A stretch of 64,000 bases of DNA from Candidatus Nitromaritima sp. SCGC AAA288-L16 (GTDB lineage Bacteria > Nitrospinota > Nitrospinia > Nitrospinales > VA-1). The DNA is taken from contig AQTY01000001.1 in assembly GCA_000372225.1 (NCBI GenBank), positions 83,272-147,271 on the forward strand, written 5' to 3'. Each line of letters opens with the position of its first letter. Position 1 is the stretch's first letter. The notes under the pieces were generated by a model, which saw only the letters and a program-made list of their open reading frames with translations, was not told the DNA's origin and searched no databases. A program made the translations under genes and the position numbers. This document shows, one piece after another, positions 38,892 to 48,442 of the stretch.

Positions 38892-39698
38892 ATGAAATTT
38901 TTTTTAGTCATAGGTGGAACAGGTGTTATGGGAACATCTGCTATCAGGGCAATACGTGAGCACTTTGACCAAAACAGCGTGATTATTGCTAATTGGTACG
39001 GCAAAGAATCTCCTGGTTTTCAAATTGAAGGGGCTGACAACACTATTTTTGGTGACATTAACGATCTCAGTTGCAGAGAACAAATTAAATCTTTTAATAA
39101 TGGAATATTTGAGTACATGTTTTATGCAACAGCTCTTGGAGACGTTGGCATTCCAATAAAGGATGCAACTCAGGAACAAATTGACCACTCCAACAAACTT
39201 TCGTTTGATCCAATTCCTCAACTTGAAAATGAGCTTGATATCACCACAATAGTTGCTTATTCGACATTCTATACAATACGACATCAATTAAGCACTTACG
39301 GCGCTATGGGACATTCAAAGGAGAATATAGAAAAATGGACCGTGGCCTCAGATGGAGCAACGAAACATGCTTGCATACGTGCCGGTCTTTTTGAATCTCC
39401 TTCATCCAGAGGAATAAAACTACTTCTCAGGAAAACCTCCAAAAATCTAGACAATTTAAAGGACCCTCTTCTCCGTTCCTATTTCGAAAATACTCCTTCC
39501 AGCGAAGGGATAAAAAAATTTGAAGAAGGGATCTTCACAGAAGAGAAAGAAGCCTATGGGGATTGTCGAACTGATAAGGAGGATCTTCTAAGAGCACACC
39601 TTGAATTATTCAAATCAGATAACCCAATTTTTATAAATGTTTGCGGTAAAAAGATATGGCCAAGCAAGGAACCTCTTTTGCTCAAGGAGTTTATCTAA
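38892..39698 (+). CDS. divergent SDR-fold protein with a FabI/FabL-type Y-x6-K motif (candidate enoyl-ACP reductase)
   Basis: N-terminal LVIGGTGVMGTSAIRAI (compare FabI LVTGVASKLSIAYGIA). AYSTFY...STYGAMGHSKENIE gives Tyr-x6-Lys as in FabI YNVMGLAK. The rest is divergent. Confidence 0.4.
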   Translation: MKFFLVIGGTGVMGTSAIRAIREHFDQNSVIIANWYGKESPGFQIEGADNTIFGDINDLSCREQIKSFNNGIFEYMFYATALGDVGIPIKDATQEQIDHSNKLSFDPIPQLENELDITTIVAYSTFYTIRHQLSTYGAMGHSKENIEKWTVASDGATKHACIRAGLFESPSSRGIKLLLRKTSKNLDNLKDPLLRSYFENTPSSEGIKKFEEGIFTEEKEAYGDCRTDKEDLLRAHLELFKSDNPIFINVCGKKIWPSKEPLLLKEFI

Positions 39699-39868
39699 AT
39701 GTAACGAACCTTAGGGATAAAAACGGGTAAGAATTTAAAAATTCAAACCCACAAGATTTAATTGATTTTATAGTATTTTCAGACAATAATAATTTAAATT
39801 ACTAGCAGTTAGAGCGCTGAGCATTAAATCCCAAATTTTATTTAATTTTCACCAAGAATGCATTAAAT

Positions 39869-41659
39869 ATGAGAATTGTTTGTACTCATTGCCAAACTGG
39901 ATATCAAGTAGATATTTCTGAGGTAAAACCAGAGGGAATTGATTTTAAGTGCGTGAAGTGTAACCAGTTTTTTCTAATAACACCTAAAGAAATTGACCAC
40001 CATAAATCAGGAGTTCAAAATAATATGAACACTGAACAACCCCGCTATTCTGAAGATGACAATCTCAATACCCTTGTGGCCAGTGTTGTCGATGACCTTA
40101 AAGGTTATGGCAATCGACTAAATAGTCAGCTAGGCAAACTATCTGAAATTGGAATTGCCTTATCAGGCGTTACTGATCTCACCGTTTTACTAGAAATGAT
40201 TGTGGATCAGGCCAGGGAATTCACAAATGCCGATGCTGGGACCCTCTACCTTAAAGAGGAAAACAAACTAGCCTTTAAAATTGTTCAGAATGAAAGTCTG
40301 GGAATTCGCATGGGTGGAACATCGGGAAAAGATATCACTTTTCCCCCTGTTGAACTAAAAGAAAGCAATGTTTCGGCCTATGTGGCGATCAAAGGTGAAC
40401 CTGTAAACATTCCCGATGTATACCAAACCGAGCTATTTGACTTTACTGGACCAAAAAACTTTGACAAATCATCTGGGTATCGATCTAAATCCATGCTTGT
40501 GGTGCCTATGCGAAACCATGAAAATGATGTCATTGGCGTCTTACAACTTCTTAATGCTCAAAACATTAAGACAAATGAGGTCATCCCGTTTTCTAAAGAT
40601 TATGAAAATTTAACCGAATCTCTCGCGTCCCAAGCAGCGGTTGCCGTGACTAATGCCCAACTAATCAGAGAAATGGACAATTTATTTGATTCTTTTGTCC
40701 AGGTGATGGCAACAGCAATTGATGAAAAATCTCCTGTTACCGGAGGTCATATACGACGAGTTGCAAATATGACGCTAACATTTGCCGACATTCTCAACAA
40801 AAACCAAGATACGTACAAAGATATTTCTTTTAATGATGATCAGATCCATGAACTCCGAGTTGCCGCATGGATGCATGATATTGGCAAAGTCACAACCCCG
40901 GTAGAAGTTGTCGAAAAAGCTAAAAAACTTCAAACTATTTTTGATCGAATTGAATTTGTTGATTTACGGCTATGCTTTATTATCGAACAAATGGAAAAAA
41001 GCTTTCTAAATAAAAAAATAAAAATATTACAAAATGGATCAGACACCAAAAAAGTAGCAGCGCTTGAAGACAAACAGAAAATAAAGCGTCAAGAATTAAT
41101 GGACATCCGTGATTTTATTAATCAGTGTAATAATCCAGGAGAATTTCTTGAAGATGAAAAGATCGCACGTTTAGAAGAAATTTCAAAAATGACCTGGACA
41201 GACTTTGATGGCAATAAACAATCCTTTCTCAATGAGGATGAAGTACTTAATCTCTCGATACGAAGAGGAAGCATAACGGAATCTGAGAGAAAGAAAATGC
41301 AGAATCACGCTGCAGTCACCTTAAAAATGCTCAAGAAAATTCCTTTCACCAAGAAGTTAAAAAATATACCTCTCTACGCTGGAGCCCATCATGAGTTTGT
41401 AAATGGTGGCGGATATCCTCTGGGTTTAAAGGGAGACGAAATACCATTTGAAGGAAAAATAATGTGCGTAACAGACATAGCAGAAGCTCTTACGGCAAGT
41501 GACCGTCCTTATAAAAAAGCGATGCCGTTAGAGGTGGTCTACCGGATTCTTCGAGAAATGGCTGACAAGGGCGAATTAGATAAAGAACTAGTTGAGTTCT
41601 TCATTTCAGAAGAAGTTTTTACCAAGTATAAAGAACAACACGAATCCAATGGTAATTAA
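39869..41659 (+). CDS. zinc-ribbon - GAF - HD-GYP domain protein (putative c-di-GMP phosphodiesterase)
   Basis: MJ0042-type ribbon CTHCQTGY...KCVKCNQFF. GAF region (TNADAGTLYL...SMLVVPM...IGVLQLLNA). HD-GYP region (GHIRRV, AAWMHDIGK, HHEFVNGGGYP). Confidence 0.85.
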   Translation: MRIVCTHCQTGYQVDISEVKPEGIDFKCVKCNQFFLITPKEIDHHKSGVQNNMNTEQPRYSEDDNLNTLVASVVDDLKGYGNRLNSQLGKLSEIGIALSGVTDLTVLLEMIVDQAREFTNADAGTLYLKEENKLAFKIVQNESLGIRMGGTSGKDITFPPVELKESNVSAYVAIKGEPVNIPDVYQTELFDFTGPKNFDKSSGYRSKSMLVVPMRNHENDVIGVLQLLNAQNIKTNEVIPFSKDYENLTESLASQAAVAVTNAQLIREMDNLFDSFVQVMATAIDEKSPVTGGHIRRVANMTLTFADILNKNQDTYKDISFNDDQIHELRVAAWMHDIGKVTTPVEVVEKAKKLQTIFDRIEFVDLRLCFIIEQMEKSFLNKKIKILQNGSDTKKVAALEDKQKIKRQELMDIRDFINQCNNPGEFLEDEKIARLEEISKMTWTDFDGNKQSFLNEDEVLNLSIRRGSITESERKKMQNHAAVTLKMLKKIPFTKKLKNIPLYAGAHHEFVNGGGYPLGLKGDEIPFEGKIMCVTDIAEALTASDRPYKKAMPLEVVYRILREMADKGELDKELVEFFISEEVFTKYKEQHESNGN

Positions 41660-41765
41660 TGCCACAGGACAACTAGTTACGATTAACCTCTCCCCAATAA
41701 TGTATAATTAGCAACAAAACTCTCCTTAAGAAATAACCAATTCAAATAATTAGTATCAATTCGTA

Positions 41766-42008
41766 TTACTTTTTTTTAGGTTTGTAGGGGCCTGTTCGCA
41801 AAAAATTATCATTCATTTTAAGGTGTTCATCTATTGTAATATTCTCGTCCACCCCTTTACTCTTAGGATCGTCACCAAATTTTTTAAACGCTCGACTTTT
41901 TAACTTATCAGACATTTTAGTTGTTCGTTTTGTGCGAACTCTAACTGTTTTAGGCTTAAGACTTTCTTTATATTTTTTTTTATCCTCATGGGATATATTT
42001 AAAACCAT
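41766..42008 (-). CDS. hypothetical small basic protein (80 aa)
   Basis: Intact ORF, Lys-rich. No motif. Confidence 0.35.
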   Translation of the reverse strand: MVLNISHEDKKKYKESLKPKTVRVRTKRTTKMSDKLKSRAFKKFGDDPKSKGVDENITIDEHLKMNDNFLRTGPYKPKKK

Positions 42009-42107
42009 AATATTTTATTCGGGGAGAAACGTGGTTAACAAAACATTAAATCATCAACATAACTACATAAATGATATCATTTTAATGAATTAGCTTGAAT
42101 AGAAATT

Positions 42108-43460
42108 ATGCCTATCCAAAAAATAGAAGATTTAATCGATAATCTTCCTAAAAGCCAATACCAATTAATTACGGAAGTTAATGCTAACGACCATTTTGAA
42201 TTAGCTCGACTTCTTCATCAGTTATCACCTGAATCAAAAGTTCACGTTTTTAACAACTTAAACTCTGATTTGAAACGTCAAGAGGTTCTTTATGAAACTG
42301 ATTTAGATAGTAGATTAGAGATTGAAAGCTCTCTTGGCAGTAAGGGTCTCGCAATTTTATTGAGTAGTATGCCGGAAGATGAGGCCACGGATATTATTCA
42401 GGAGCTTGAGGTCGATGAACAAAAGAATATTCTTAGTCAAATGGAGGTCAAAGATGCTGTCGTCATTAAAGACCTCATAACATATAAGGAAGAAACAGCT
42501 GGTGGACTCATGGTCCCAAAGTTCAATTCTGTTAAAGAAAACCAAACTGCAAGCGAAATATTAATGCAATTGAAACACGAAAACAATTCCGAAATACCAC
42601 CATATTTTTATGTGGTTGATCCTGAAAATAAACTAAAGGGATATTTCAAACTACGTGACCTCTTAAATGTTTCAACTAATATTAAGGCATTACAAATAAT
42701 GCGAAAAGTCACACCTAAAGTCTTCACCTCAGACTCATGTGATAAAGTTGCAAACCTTATGGATAATGAGCACTTGAGCACCATTCCAGTAGTCGACGAT
42801 ACCAATACCATACGTGGGGTTATTACTTTTGATGATGTTATTCGTGTAATGCAGGATTTGGCAAGCGAAGACATCTTCACTATGGTAGGAACGGCCAAAG
42901 TAGACCCATTTGCGAAAAAAATAACCAGCAAAATTAAGGTTCGCGCCCCATGGCTACTAACAACTTTTATCGGTGGTTTATTAAGTGCTTATATTCTCAA
43001 CCGGTTTCAAACCACCATAACTGATTTTTCGACTGTTTTATTTTTCATTCCTTTTGTGCTGGGAATTTCTGGAAATGTCGGACTCCAGGGTTCTACCGTA
43101 ATCGTTCGAGGCCTTGCTACTGGGGATATTCAAAAAGATAACATCCTAACTGTAGTGAGGAGTGAACTTGTGGTCGGCATAGCGAATGGGATTATTTTTG
43201 GATTTTTGTGCGGATTTATTATCACGTTAATAGCCGCACCATTACTTCAAACAACCCCGATCTTAGGAACCGCAGTAGGCTTAGGGATAGTGCTAGCTGT
43301 ATGTGTTTCAGCGGTCATTGGATCGACTGCACCAATCCTCTTTATAAAGATAAACGTAGACCCAGCAATTAGTTCAGGTCCATTCGTAACGGTAACTAAC
43401 GATATTGCCGGTATTGCCATATACCTTTTAACAACCTCATATATCTACTCAGCCATATAA
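42108..43460 (+). CDS. mgtE: magnesium transporter MgtE
   Basis: MgtE_N region, a CBS pair (GGLMVPKF..., TIPVVDDTNTIRGVITFDDVI), and the TM domain with GNVGLQGSTVIVRGLATG and PFVTVTNDIAGIAIY. Confidence 0.92.
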   Translation: MPIQKIEDLIDNLPKSQYQLITEVNANDHFELARLLHQLSPESKVHVFNNLNSDLKRQEVLYETDLDSRLEIESSLGSKGLAILLSSMPEDEATDIIQELEVDEQKNILSQMEVKDAVVIKDLITYKEETAGGLMVPKFNSVKENQTASEILMQLKHENNSEIPPYFYVVDPENKLKGYFKLRDLLNVSTNIKALQIMRKVTPKVFTSDSCDKVANLMDNEHLSTIPVVDDTNTIRGVITFDDVIRVMQDLASEDIFTMVGTAKVDPFAKKITSKIKVRAPWLLTTFIGGLLSAYILNRFQTTITDFSTVLFFIPFVLGISGNVGLQGSTVIVRGLATGDIQKDNILTVVRSELVVGIANGIIFGFLCGFIITLIAAPLLQTTPILGTAVGLGIVLAVCVSAVIGSTAPILFIKINVDPAISSGPFVTVTNDIAGIAIYLLTTSYIYSAI

Positions 43461-43474
43461 GTATTCATCCCTCA

Positions 43475-43720
43475 CTATTTTTCAGCTAAGGTGATCGACA
43501 TCAAAGCAGCATCAACCTCCACATACTCGCCCTCAGAAACATAGTATTCCTTAACCCTCCCGTCTACTTCAGAAAGCAAAGTAAAGTAACCCTCTGAGAT
43601 TATTTCACATACGGCCATACCTTTAATTACTTTATCTCCAGGATTAACCAGAAACTTATCAACTTTACCAGAGGTCATTGTTGGATACATGGCTGACATC
43701 AAAATATAATCTTCCATCAA
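43475..43720 (-). CDS. biotinyl/lipoyl-like hybrid-barrel domain protein lacking the modifiable Lys
   Basis: TSGKVDKFLVNPGDKVIKGMAVCEIISEGYFTLLSEVDGRVKEYYVSEGEYVEVDAALMSI follows the biotin/lipoyl attachment fold pattern. The position of E-A-M-K-M / D-K-A reads E-I-I-S-E. Confidence 0.5.
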   Translation of the reverse strand: MMEDYILMSAMYPTMTSGKVDKFLVNPGDKVIKGMAVCEIISEGYFTLLSEVDGRVKEYYVSEGEYVEVDAALMSITLAEK

Positions 43721-43845
43721 CGTGCCTTTCTAAAAAATAACAAAAACTAAATTGCCTTCAACCATTAATCGATAATAGGTATAATAAATATGATTAAAAT
43801 CGAACGAATTAATATCACAAAAAATTTCTGAGAAAAAAACCGCGC

Positions 43846-44052
43846 ATGAAATTAAATGTTGGAGATGTGTTATTTGAATCAATGTCACAAAACATTGGTG
43901 CAATCACTAAAATTTTTAATCACCCAGACGGCAAAATAATCAAAATTCGATGGCAGATGGAAGGGCACCTTCCCCATGACACAGAGCATTCATATAAAAA
44001 AGTACTACGTTGCGTCAAAAACGGTGAATATGAACTAACTCCTAAATTTTAG
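43846..44052 (+). CDS. hypothetical protein (68 aa)
   Basis: Intact ORF only. Confidence 0.35.
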   Translation: MKLNVGDVLFESMSQNIGAITKIFNHPDGKIIKIRWQMEGHLPHDTEHSYKKVLRCVKNGEYELTPKF

Positions 44053-44106
44053 ACAAATAGCCAAGTCGAACCAGATAAATAATATATATTATCTCTATTA
44101 GTATAA

Positions 44107-44391
44107 TTATTGTTTATAGACAGTATGAGAAGGACGACCAGCTAAGATACTTTCTTTCCCCCAGTTTGTAACCTGTTTAAATTTATCAGATTGACAAAAA
44201 TCATTAAAAGCATTTTCAGATCCCCACTCAGATGCAATTAAGTAAGACTGCCCATCATTAACATCTTTGTACAGAAAAGATTTCTCGTGACCATCGATGC
44301 CATTCATTGCCTCAATTACCCCTGTACAAGCTTTTTCAAAAACCTCTTCTTTTCCTGATAATACCTTATAGTTCATTCCTATAGTAACCAT
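44107..44391 (-). CDS. ABM (antibiotic biosynthesis monooxygenase-like) domain protein
   Basis: 94 aa with the size and pattern of a dimeric alpha-beta barrel (GHEKSFLYKDVNDGQSYLIASEWGSENAFNDF). Confidence 0.55.
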   Translation of the reverse strand: MVTIGMNYKVLSGKEEVFEKACTGVIEAMNGIDGHEKSFLYKDVNDGQSYLIASEWGSENAFNDFCQSDKFKQVTNWGKESILAGRPSHTVYKQ

Positions 44392-44422
44392 CTAGCTCCT
44401 TAATTCATTTTTAAGTATTATA

Positions 44423-45439
44423 TTAAGCAACCAACTCAATTTCGCTACATAGCTCTTCACCGACAAGAAATACTTCATCAAACCCAAACCGATCCTTAAT
44501 ATAGAGTATATTCTCACGTTTGTTGCCTGTAAAAACAGAAACAGAATTCTTTGGAACCCTAAATAGTATTTTGTTAGGCATGCGATTTAAAGAAAGAATT
44601 TTTTCAACCATTAAATCCAGACTTGTCTGGCAATCAATAAGATAACGCAAAGAAGGATGAAACGGACCCGCTACCAGATTTTCTTCTAAAGAACGATCAG
44701 GCTGAACCCCTACCCTTATTACAGGAATACGGAATTGATTGAATAATGCTAGAGCATTTTTTAACGCAGCAAGAGTCCTACTCAAAGACCAAGGTGAATA
44801 TAATCCTTTTTGGTACATTGAATATAACAAGGTATGGCGCAATACTAGTGCAGGGTAAAGCCGCACAAAATCGGGTTTCATCCCAATAACATCCATTACC
44901 GATCTTTGAAAACGTTTCTCGTTGTCGCCAGGAAGGCCCAACATTAACTGGAGGCCTAGTATGAAGTTACGTTTTTTAATCAAAGATATTGATTTAAGCA
45001 AATCTGCTTTAGAACATGGGCGCCCAGACTCTTCAAGAACTTGCTTGCATGTAGATTGCACACCCAACTCTACCGTCTTCACACCATAAGCCTTTATCAA
45101 GTCAAGTCGTTCAGAATTAATAAATAATGGGTGAGTCGAAACACGAATAGCATCAATTCGACCATTTTCAAGAAATGGCCTAACCAAAGACAACAGAAAT
45201 TTCTGTCTCTCCTTTGGCAGCCCGGTAAAGCTCCCTCCGTAAAACGCAACCTCACATTTAGAAGCACGTTTTGAATTATATTTGGGGCCAAGGTAAGTTT
45301 TTAAAGTGTCCAAAACATGTTTTTCGTCTGCCGTAAACCGAGTGCCAGTAATATCAACTTGGCTACAAAAAACACACCGGTAAGGACACCCTTCATGAGG
45401 AATAAAAATTGGAGCGATCAGCATATTCTTTTTCTTCAT
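44423..45439 (-). CDS. radical SAM protein (ELP3/MiaB-like core)
   Basis: FIPHEGCPYRCVFCSQ (Cx3Cx2C), GGSFTG, VELGVQS. Confidence 0.85.
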   Translation of the reverse strand: MKKKNMLIAPIFIPHEGCPYRCVFCSQVDITGTRFTADEKHVLDTLKTYLGPKYNSKRASKCEVAFYGGSFTGLPKERQKFLLSLVRPFLENGRIDAIRVSTHPLFINSERLDLIKAYGVKTVELGVQSTCKQVLEESGRPCSKADLLKSISLIKKRNFILGLQLMLGLPGDNEKRFQRSVMDVIGMKPDFVRLYPALVLRHTLLYSMYQKGLYSPWSLSRTLAALKNALALFNQFRIPVIRVGVQPDRSLEENLVAGPFHPSLRYLIDCQTSLDLMVEKILSLNRMPNKILFRVPKNSVSVFTGNKRENILYIKDRFGFDEVFLVGEELCSEIELVA

Positions 45440-45452
45440 ACTCTTAAACCTA

Positions 45453-46163
45453 TTAATCTTTATTAGTTAAAAAACTACTCAAAGCCTCCTTTGCCGCATT
45501 CTGCTCAGCTTCTTTTTTGCTGCGTCCTTTTCCGGATCCCCGTACTTGGCTGCGAATTTTAACCTTAACATCAAATCGTTTGTCATGACCAGGTCCCATT
45601 TCCCCCACAACCTCATACAAGGGGACACAAGAAAATCTATTTTGTGTGTATTCTTGCAAATCACTTTTAAAATCTATAGCTATACAGGCACTCCGATACT
45701 CATCAATTTTCTCAACCAACTGCGGCAAAAATACATCAGCAGTTGTTCGAAAATCACTATCGCAAAAAAGAGCTCCCACTAAGGCCTCATAAGCATTAGC
45801 AAGAATAGATGCTTTTTGTCCACCTCCAGAAAAAGACTCCCCTTTACCCAGCAAAATATAACTACCTAGTTCTATTTTTTTTGCTAGTCCAGCAAGGGAA
45901 TTTTCATTAACAACAGCCGCTCGAATCTTTGACAATGATCCTTCAGGCAAGTCTGGATACATTAAAAACATATAATCAGCCACAATAAGGTCAATAACAG
46001 AATCGCCTAAAAACTCAAGCCTCTCATTATTTTTTAATGAGAGAAGAACCTCATTGGAAAAAGACTTATGGGTAAGCGATTTGTTGAGTAGTTCGATATC
46101 TTTGAATTGATAACACAATAATCTCTGCAAAGGGATTAATGCATTAATTCGGGCTTCCTGCAT
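45453..46163 (-). CDS. rnc: ribonuclease III
   Basis: Signature ERLEFLGDSV, NAYEALVGALF, C-terminal dsRBD (GPGHDKRFDVKV...GSGKGRSKKEAEQNAAKEAL). Confidence 0.93.
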   Translation of the reverse strand: MQEARINALIPLQRLLCYQFKDIELLNKSLTHKSFSNEVLLSLKNNERLEFLGDSVIDLIVADYMFLMYPDLPEGSLSKIRAAVVNENSLAGLAKKIELGSYILLGKGESFSGGGQKASILANAYEALVGALFCDSDFRTTADVFLPQLVEKIDEYRSACIAIDFKSDLQEYTQNRFSCVPLYEVVGEMGPGHDKRFDVKVKIRSQVRGSGKGRSKKEAEQNAAKEALSSFLTNKD

Positions 46164-46176
46164 TATTTTTTTGGAT

Positions 46177-47415
46177 TTAATTAATCAATCTCTTGAATAC
46201 AAGAACAGCGTTTGTTCCACCAAACCCAAATGAATTTGAGATAGCTGTAGTAATATTTACTTCCTTAGCTTGATTAGGAGTATAATCCAAGTCACATTCT
46301 GGGTCAGGAGTATTATAATTTATGGTGGGTGGTAAAATACCGCGGCTTATTGCCAATAATGTATAAATGGCTTCTACACCACCGGCAGCTCCGAGCAAGT
46401 GACCAGTCATCGATTTAGTCGAACTAATGGATAGATCATAAGCATGATGTCCGAACGTAGATTTTATAGATTGTGATTCAGTGGAGTCTGCTACTGTAGA
46501 GGTTCCGTGAGCGTTAATATACTGAACCTCGTTTTTGTTTATGCCTGCATTATTTAAAGCCAGTTTCATACAACGAGCTGCTCCTTCACCGTTAGGCGAT
46601 GTAGATGTTATATGATACGCATCACCATTCAATGCATATCCAATAATCTCACCATACACTTTAGCGCCACGACTTTTTGCAGCTTCATACTCCTCTAATA
46701 CTACAACGCCACATCCCTCTCCAACAACAAACCCATCTCGATCCTTGTCAAATGGTCGGCTTGCAGCTTCGGGGTCTTCATTACGCGTCGACAAAGCTTT
46801 TGCCGCATGAAATCCCCCAACACAAAGTGGCGTGATAACTGACTCTGTACCTCCAGCAATCATAGCATCAGCATCGCCATACTGTATCAAACGGGCTGCA
46901 TCTCCAATAGAGTGAGTCCCCGTAGCACAAGCGGTGGCAACACAGGTATTAGGACCTTTCGCTCCCGAATGAATTGAAACTTGACCTGATGCAAGGTTAG
47001 CAATAACCATAGGAATAAAAAAAGGGGAGATCTTACGAACTCCTCTTTCTTTATATATATTATGGTACTTCTCTATCGCTGGTAATCCTCCAAGACCGAC
47101 GCCAACTTGAACTCCGACTCTCTCGGCATTTTTCTCAGTAATTTCATATCCTGAGTCTTTGAGGGCATAGTCGCTAGCAGCTACTGCAAAATGAATAAAT
47201 CTATCCATTTTTTTCACTTCTTTGTGCCCCATATACCGCTCAGCATCAAAACCAGCAACCTCACCCGCAAACCTTACAGGAAAAGATTCCGTATCAAACC
47301 TTGTAATTGGACCGATTCCAGATTTCCCATTAATGATAGCTGACCAATTCTCTTCAACACCAATACCAAGTGGTGAAATAATACCCATACCTGTAACAAC
47401 TACGCGCCTCCTCAT
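46177..47415 (-). CDS. fabF: beta-ketoacyl-ACP synthase II
   Basis: RRVVVTGMG, active-site Cys in ATACATG, HGTST, GHLLGAAG, NSFGFGGTN. Confidence 0.95.
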   Translation of the reverse strand: MRRRVVVTGMGIISPLGIGVEENWSAIINGKSGIGPITRFDTESFPVRFAGEVAGFDAERYMGHKEVKKMDRFIHFAVAASDYALKDSGYEITEKNAERVGVQVGVGLGGLPAIEKYHNIYKERGVRKISPFFIPMVIANLASGQVSIHSGAKGPNTCVATACATGTHSIGDAARLIQYGDADAMIAGGTESVITPLCVGGFHAAKALSTRNEDPEAASRPFDKDRDGFVVGEGCGVVVLEEYEAAKSRGAKVYGEIIGYALNGDAYHITSTSPNGEGAARCMKLALNNAGINKNEVQYINAHGTSTVADSTESQSIKSTFGHHAYDLSISSTKSMTGHLLGAAGGVEAIYTLLAISRGILPPTINYNTPDPECDLDYTPNQAKEVNITTAISNSFGFGGTNAVLVFKRLIN

Positions 47416-47443
47416 CCACTCACTCCATATTCATCAGAGTCGA

Positions 47444-47677
47444 TCAATTAGTGTTATTGTTGATATAATCGATTGCATCCTGAACTTTTGAAATTTTTTC
47501 AGCTTCTTCATCTGGAATTTCAATATCAAACTCCTCTTCAAGGGCCATGACAAGTTCAACGGTATCAAGAGAGTCCGCCCCTAGATCGTCAATAAATGCA
47601 GCGTTACCAGTAACCTGTTTTTCGTCCACACCTAATTGATCCACTATAATTTCTCTTACTTTTTCTTCAACAGACAT
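47444..47677 (-). CDS. acpP: acyl carrier protein
   Basis: [20 protein letters not shown], 77 aa. Confidence 0.95.
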   Translation of the reverse strand: MSVEEKVREIIVDQLGVDEKQVTGNAAFIDDLGADSLDTVELVMALEEEFDIEIPDEEAEKISKVQDAIDYINNNTN

Positions 47678-47698
47678 AATTAAAACTCCTAAAAAATA

Positions 47699-48442
47699 TT
47701 ACATCAACATTCCACCATTTACATTTATAACCTGGCCAGTAATATAATTAGAACGGCCAGAAACAAGGAAAGCTACACTATGGGCTATATCATCAGGCAA
47801 CCCCAAACGTGAAAGAGGTATCTGCTCAACCAGCTTGTCTCTTATTTTTTCATCAAGCACACGAGTCATTTCTGTATCAATAAATCCCGGGGCTATAGCG
47901 TTAACTGTAATATTTCTCGGGGCTAGTTCTCGTGCCATAGTTTTTGTCAAACCAATCAAACCTGCTTTAGAAGCAGAGTAGTTTGCCTGCCCAGCATTTC
48001 CCATAACACCAACAATGGAAGCAATATTAACTATAGCGCCTTGACGTTGCTTCATCATATGTTTTGCTGCTTGTTGTCCACAAAGAAAACTTCCTTTAAG
48101 GTTTACAGCAAGAACACGATCCCAGTCATCTTCCTTCATCCTAACAAACAATCCATCCTTAGTAATTCCGGCGTTATTAATCAAAATATCTAAGGGCTTA
48201 AATTCCTTTGCTATTGAATCAAATGCTACTTTAACATTTTCTGTATCCGCTACATTTATTAAAGTAGCGGATGCATTCCCCCCATTGGCGAGAACACTTT
48301 CAGCAGATTTTTTAGCATTTTCAAGATTAATGTCCCCAAAAATAACGTGCGCCCCAGATTTTGCCAGGTTATTCCCGATCACCTGCCCTATCCCTTGCCC
48401 CCCACCGGTAACTAGGGCAATTTTATTTTTAAGTTCCATCAA
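47699..48442 (-). CDS. fabG: 3-oxoacyl-ACP reductase
   Basis: ALVTGGGQGIG, NNAGI, YSASKAG, and its position in the fab cluster. Confidence 0.93.
   Translation of the reverse strand: MMELKNKIALVTGGGQGIGQVIGNNLAKSGAHVIFGDINLENAKKSAESVLANGGNASATLINVADTENVKVAFDSIAKEFKPLDILINNAGITKDGLFVRMKEDDWDRVLAVNLKGSFLCGQQAAKHMMKQRQGAIVNIASIVGVMGNAGQANYSASKAGLIGLTKTMARELAPRNITVNAIAPGFIDTEMTRVLDEKIRDKLVEQIPLSRLGLPDDIAHSVAFLVSGRSNYITGQVINVNGGMLM

Noticed and set aside
38904-39287. 127-aa minus-strand ORF antisense to the FabI-like gene. Also 38305-38523 nested in the secreted-protein gene and 13524-13820 nested in the FGE gene.
   Set aside because: There are no motifs, and the composition mirrors the sense gene. 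The sense ORFs are longer and carry recognisable motifs or signal peptides.
44066-44100. AT-rich quasi-palindrome AGATAAATAATATATATTATCT in a convergent intergenic region, considered as a dif (XerCD) site
   Set aside because: It lacks the conserved XerD-arm TTATGT(T/A)AA motif, the palindrome is imperfect, and such sequences are expected by chance in AT-rich spacers.
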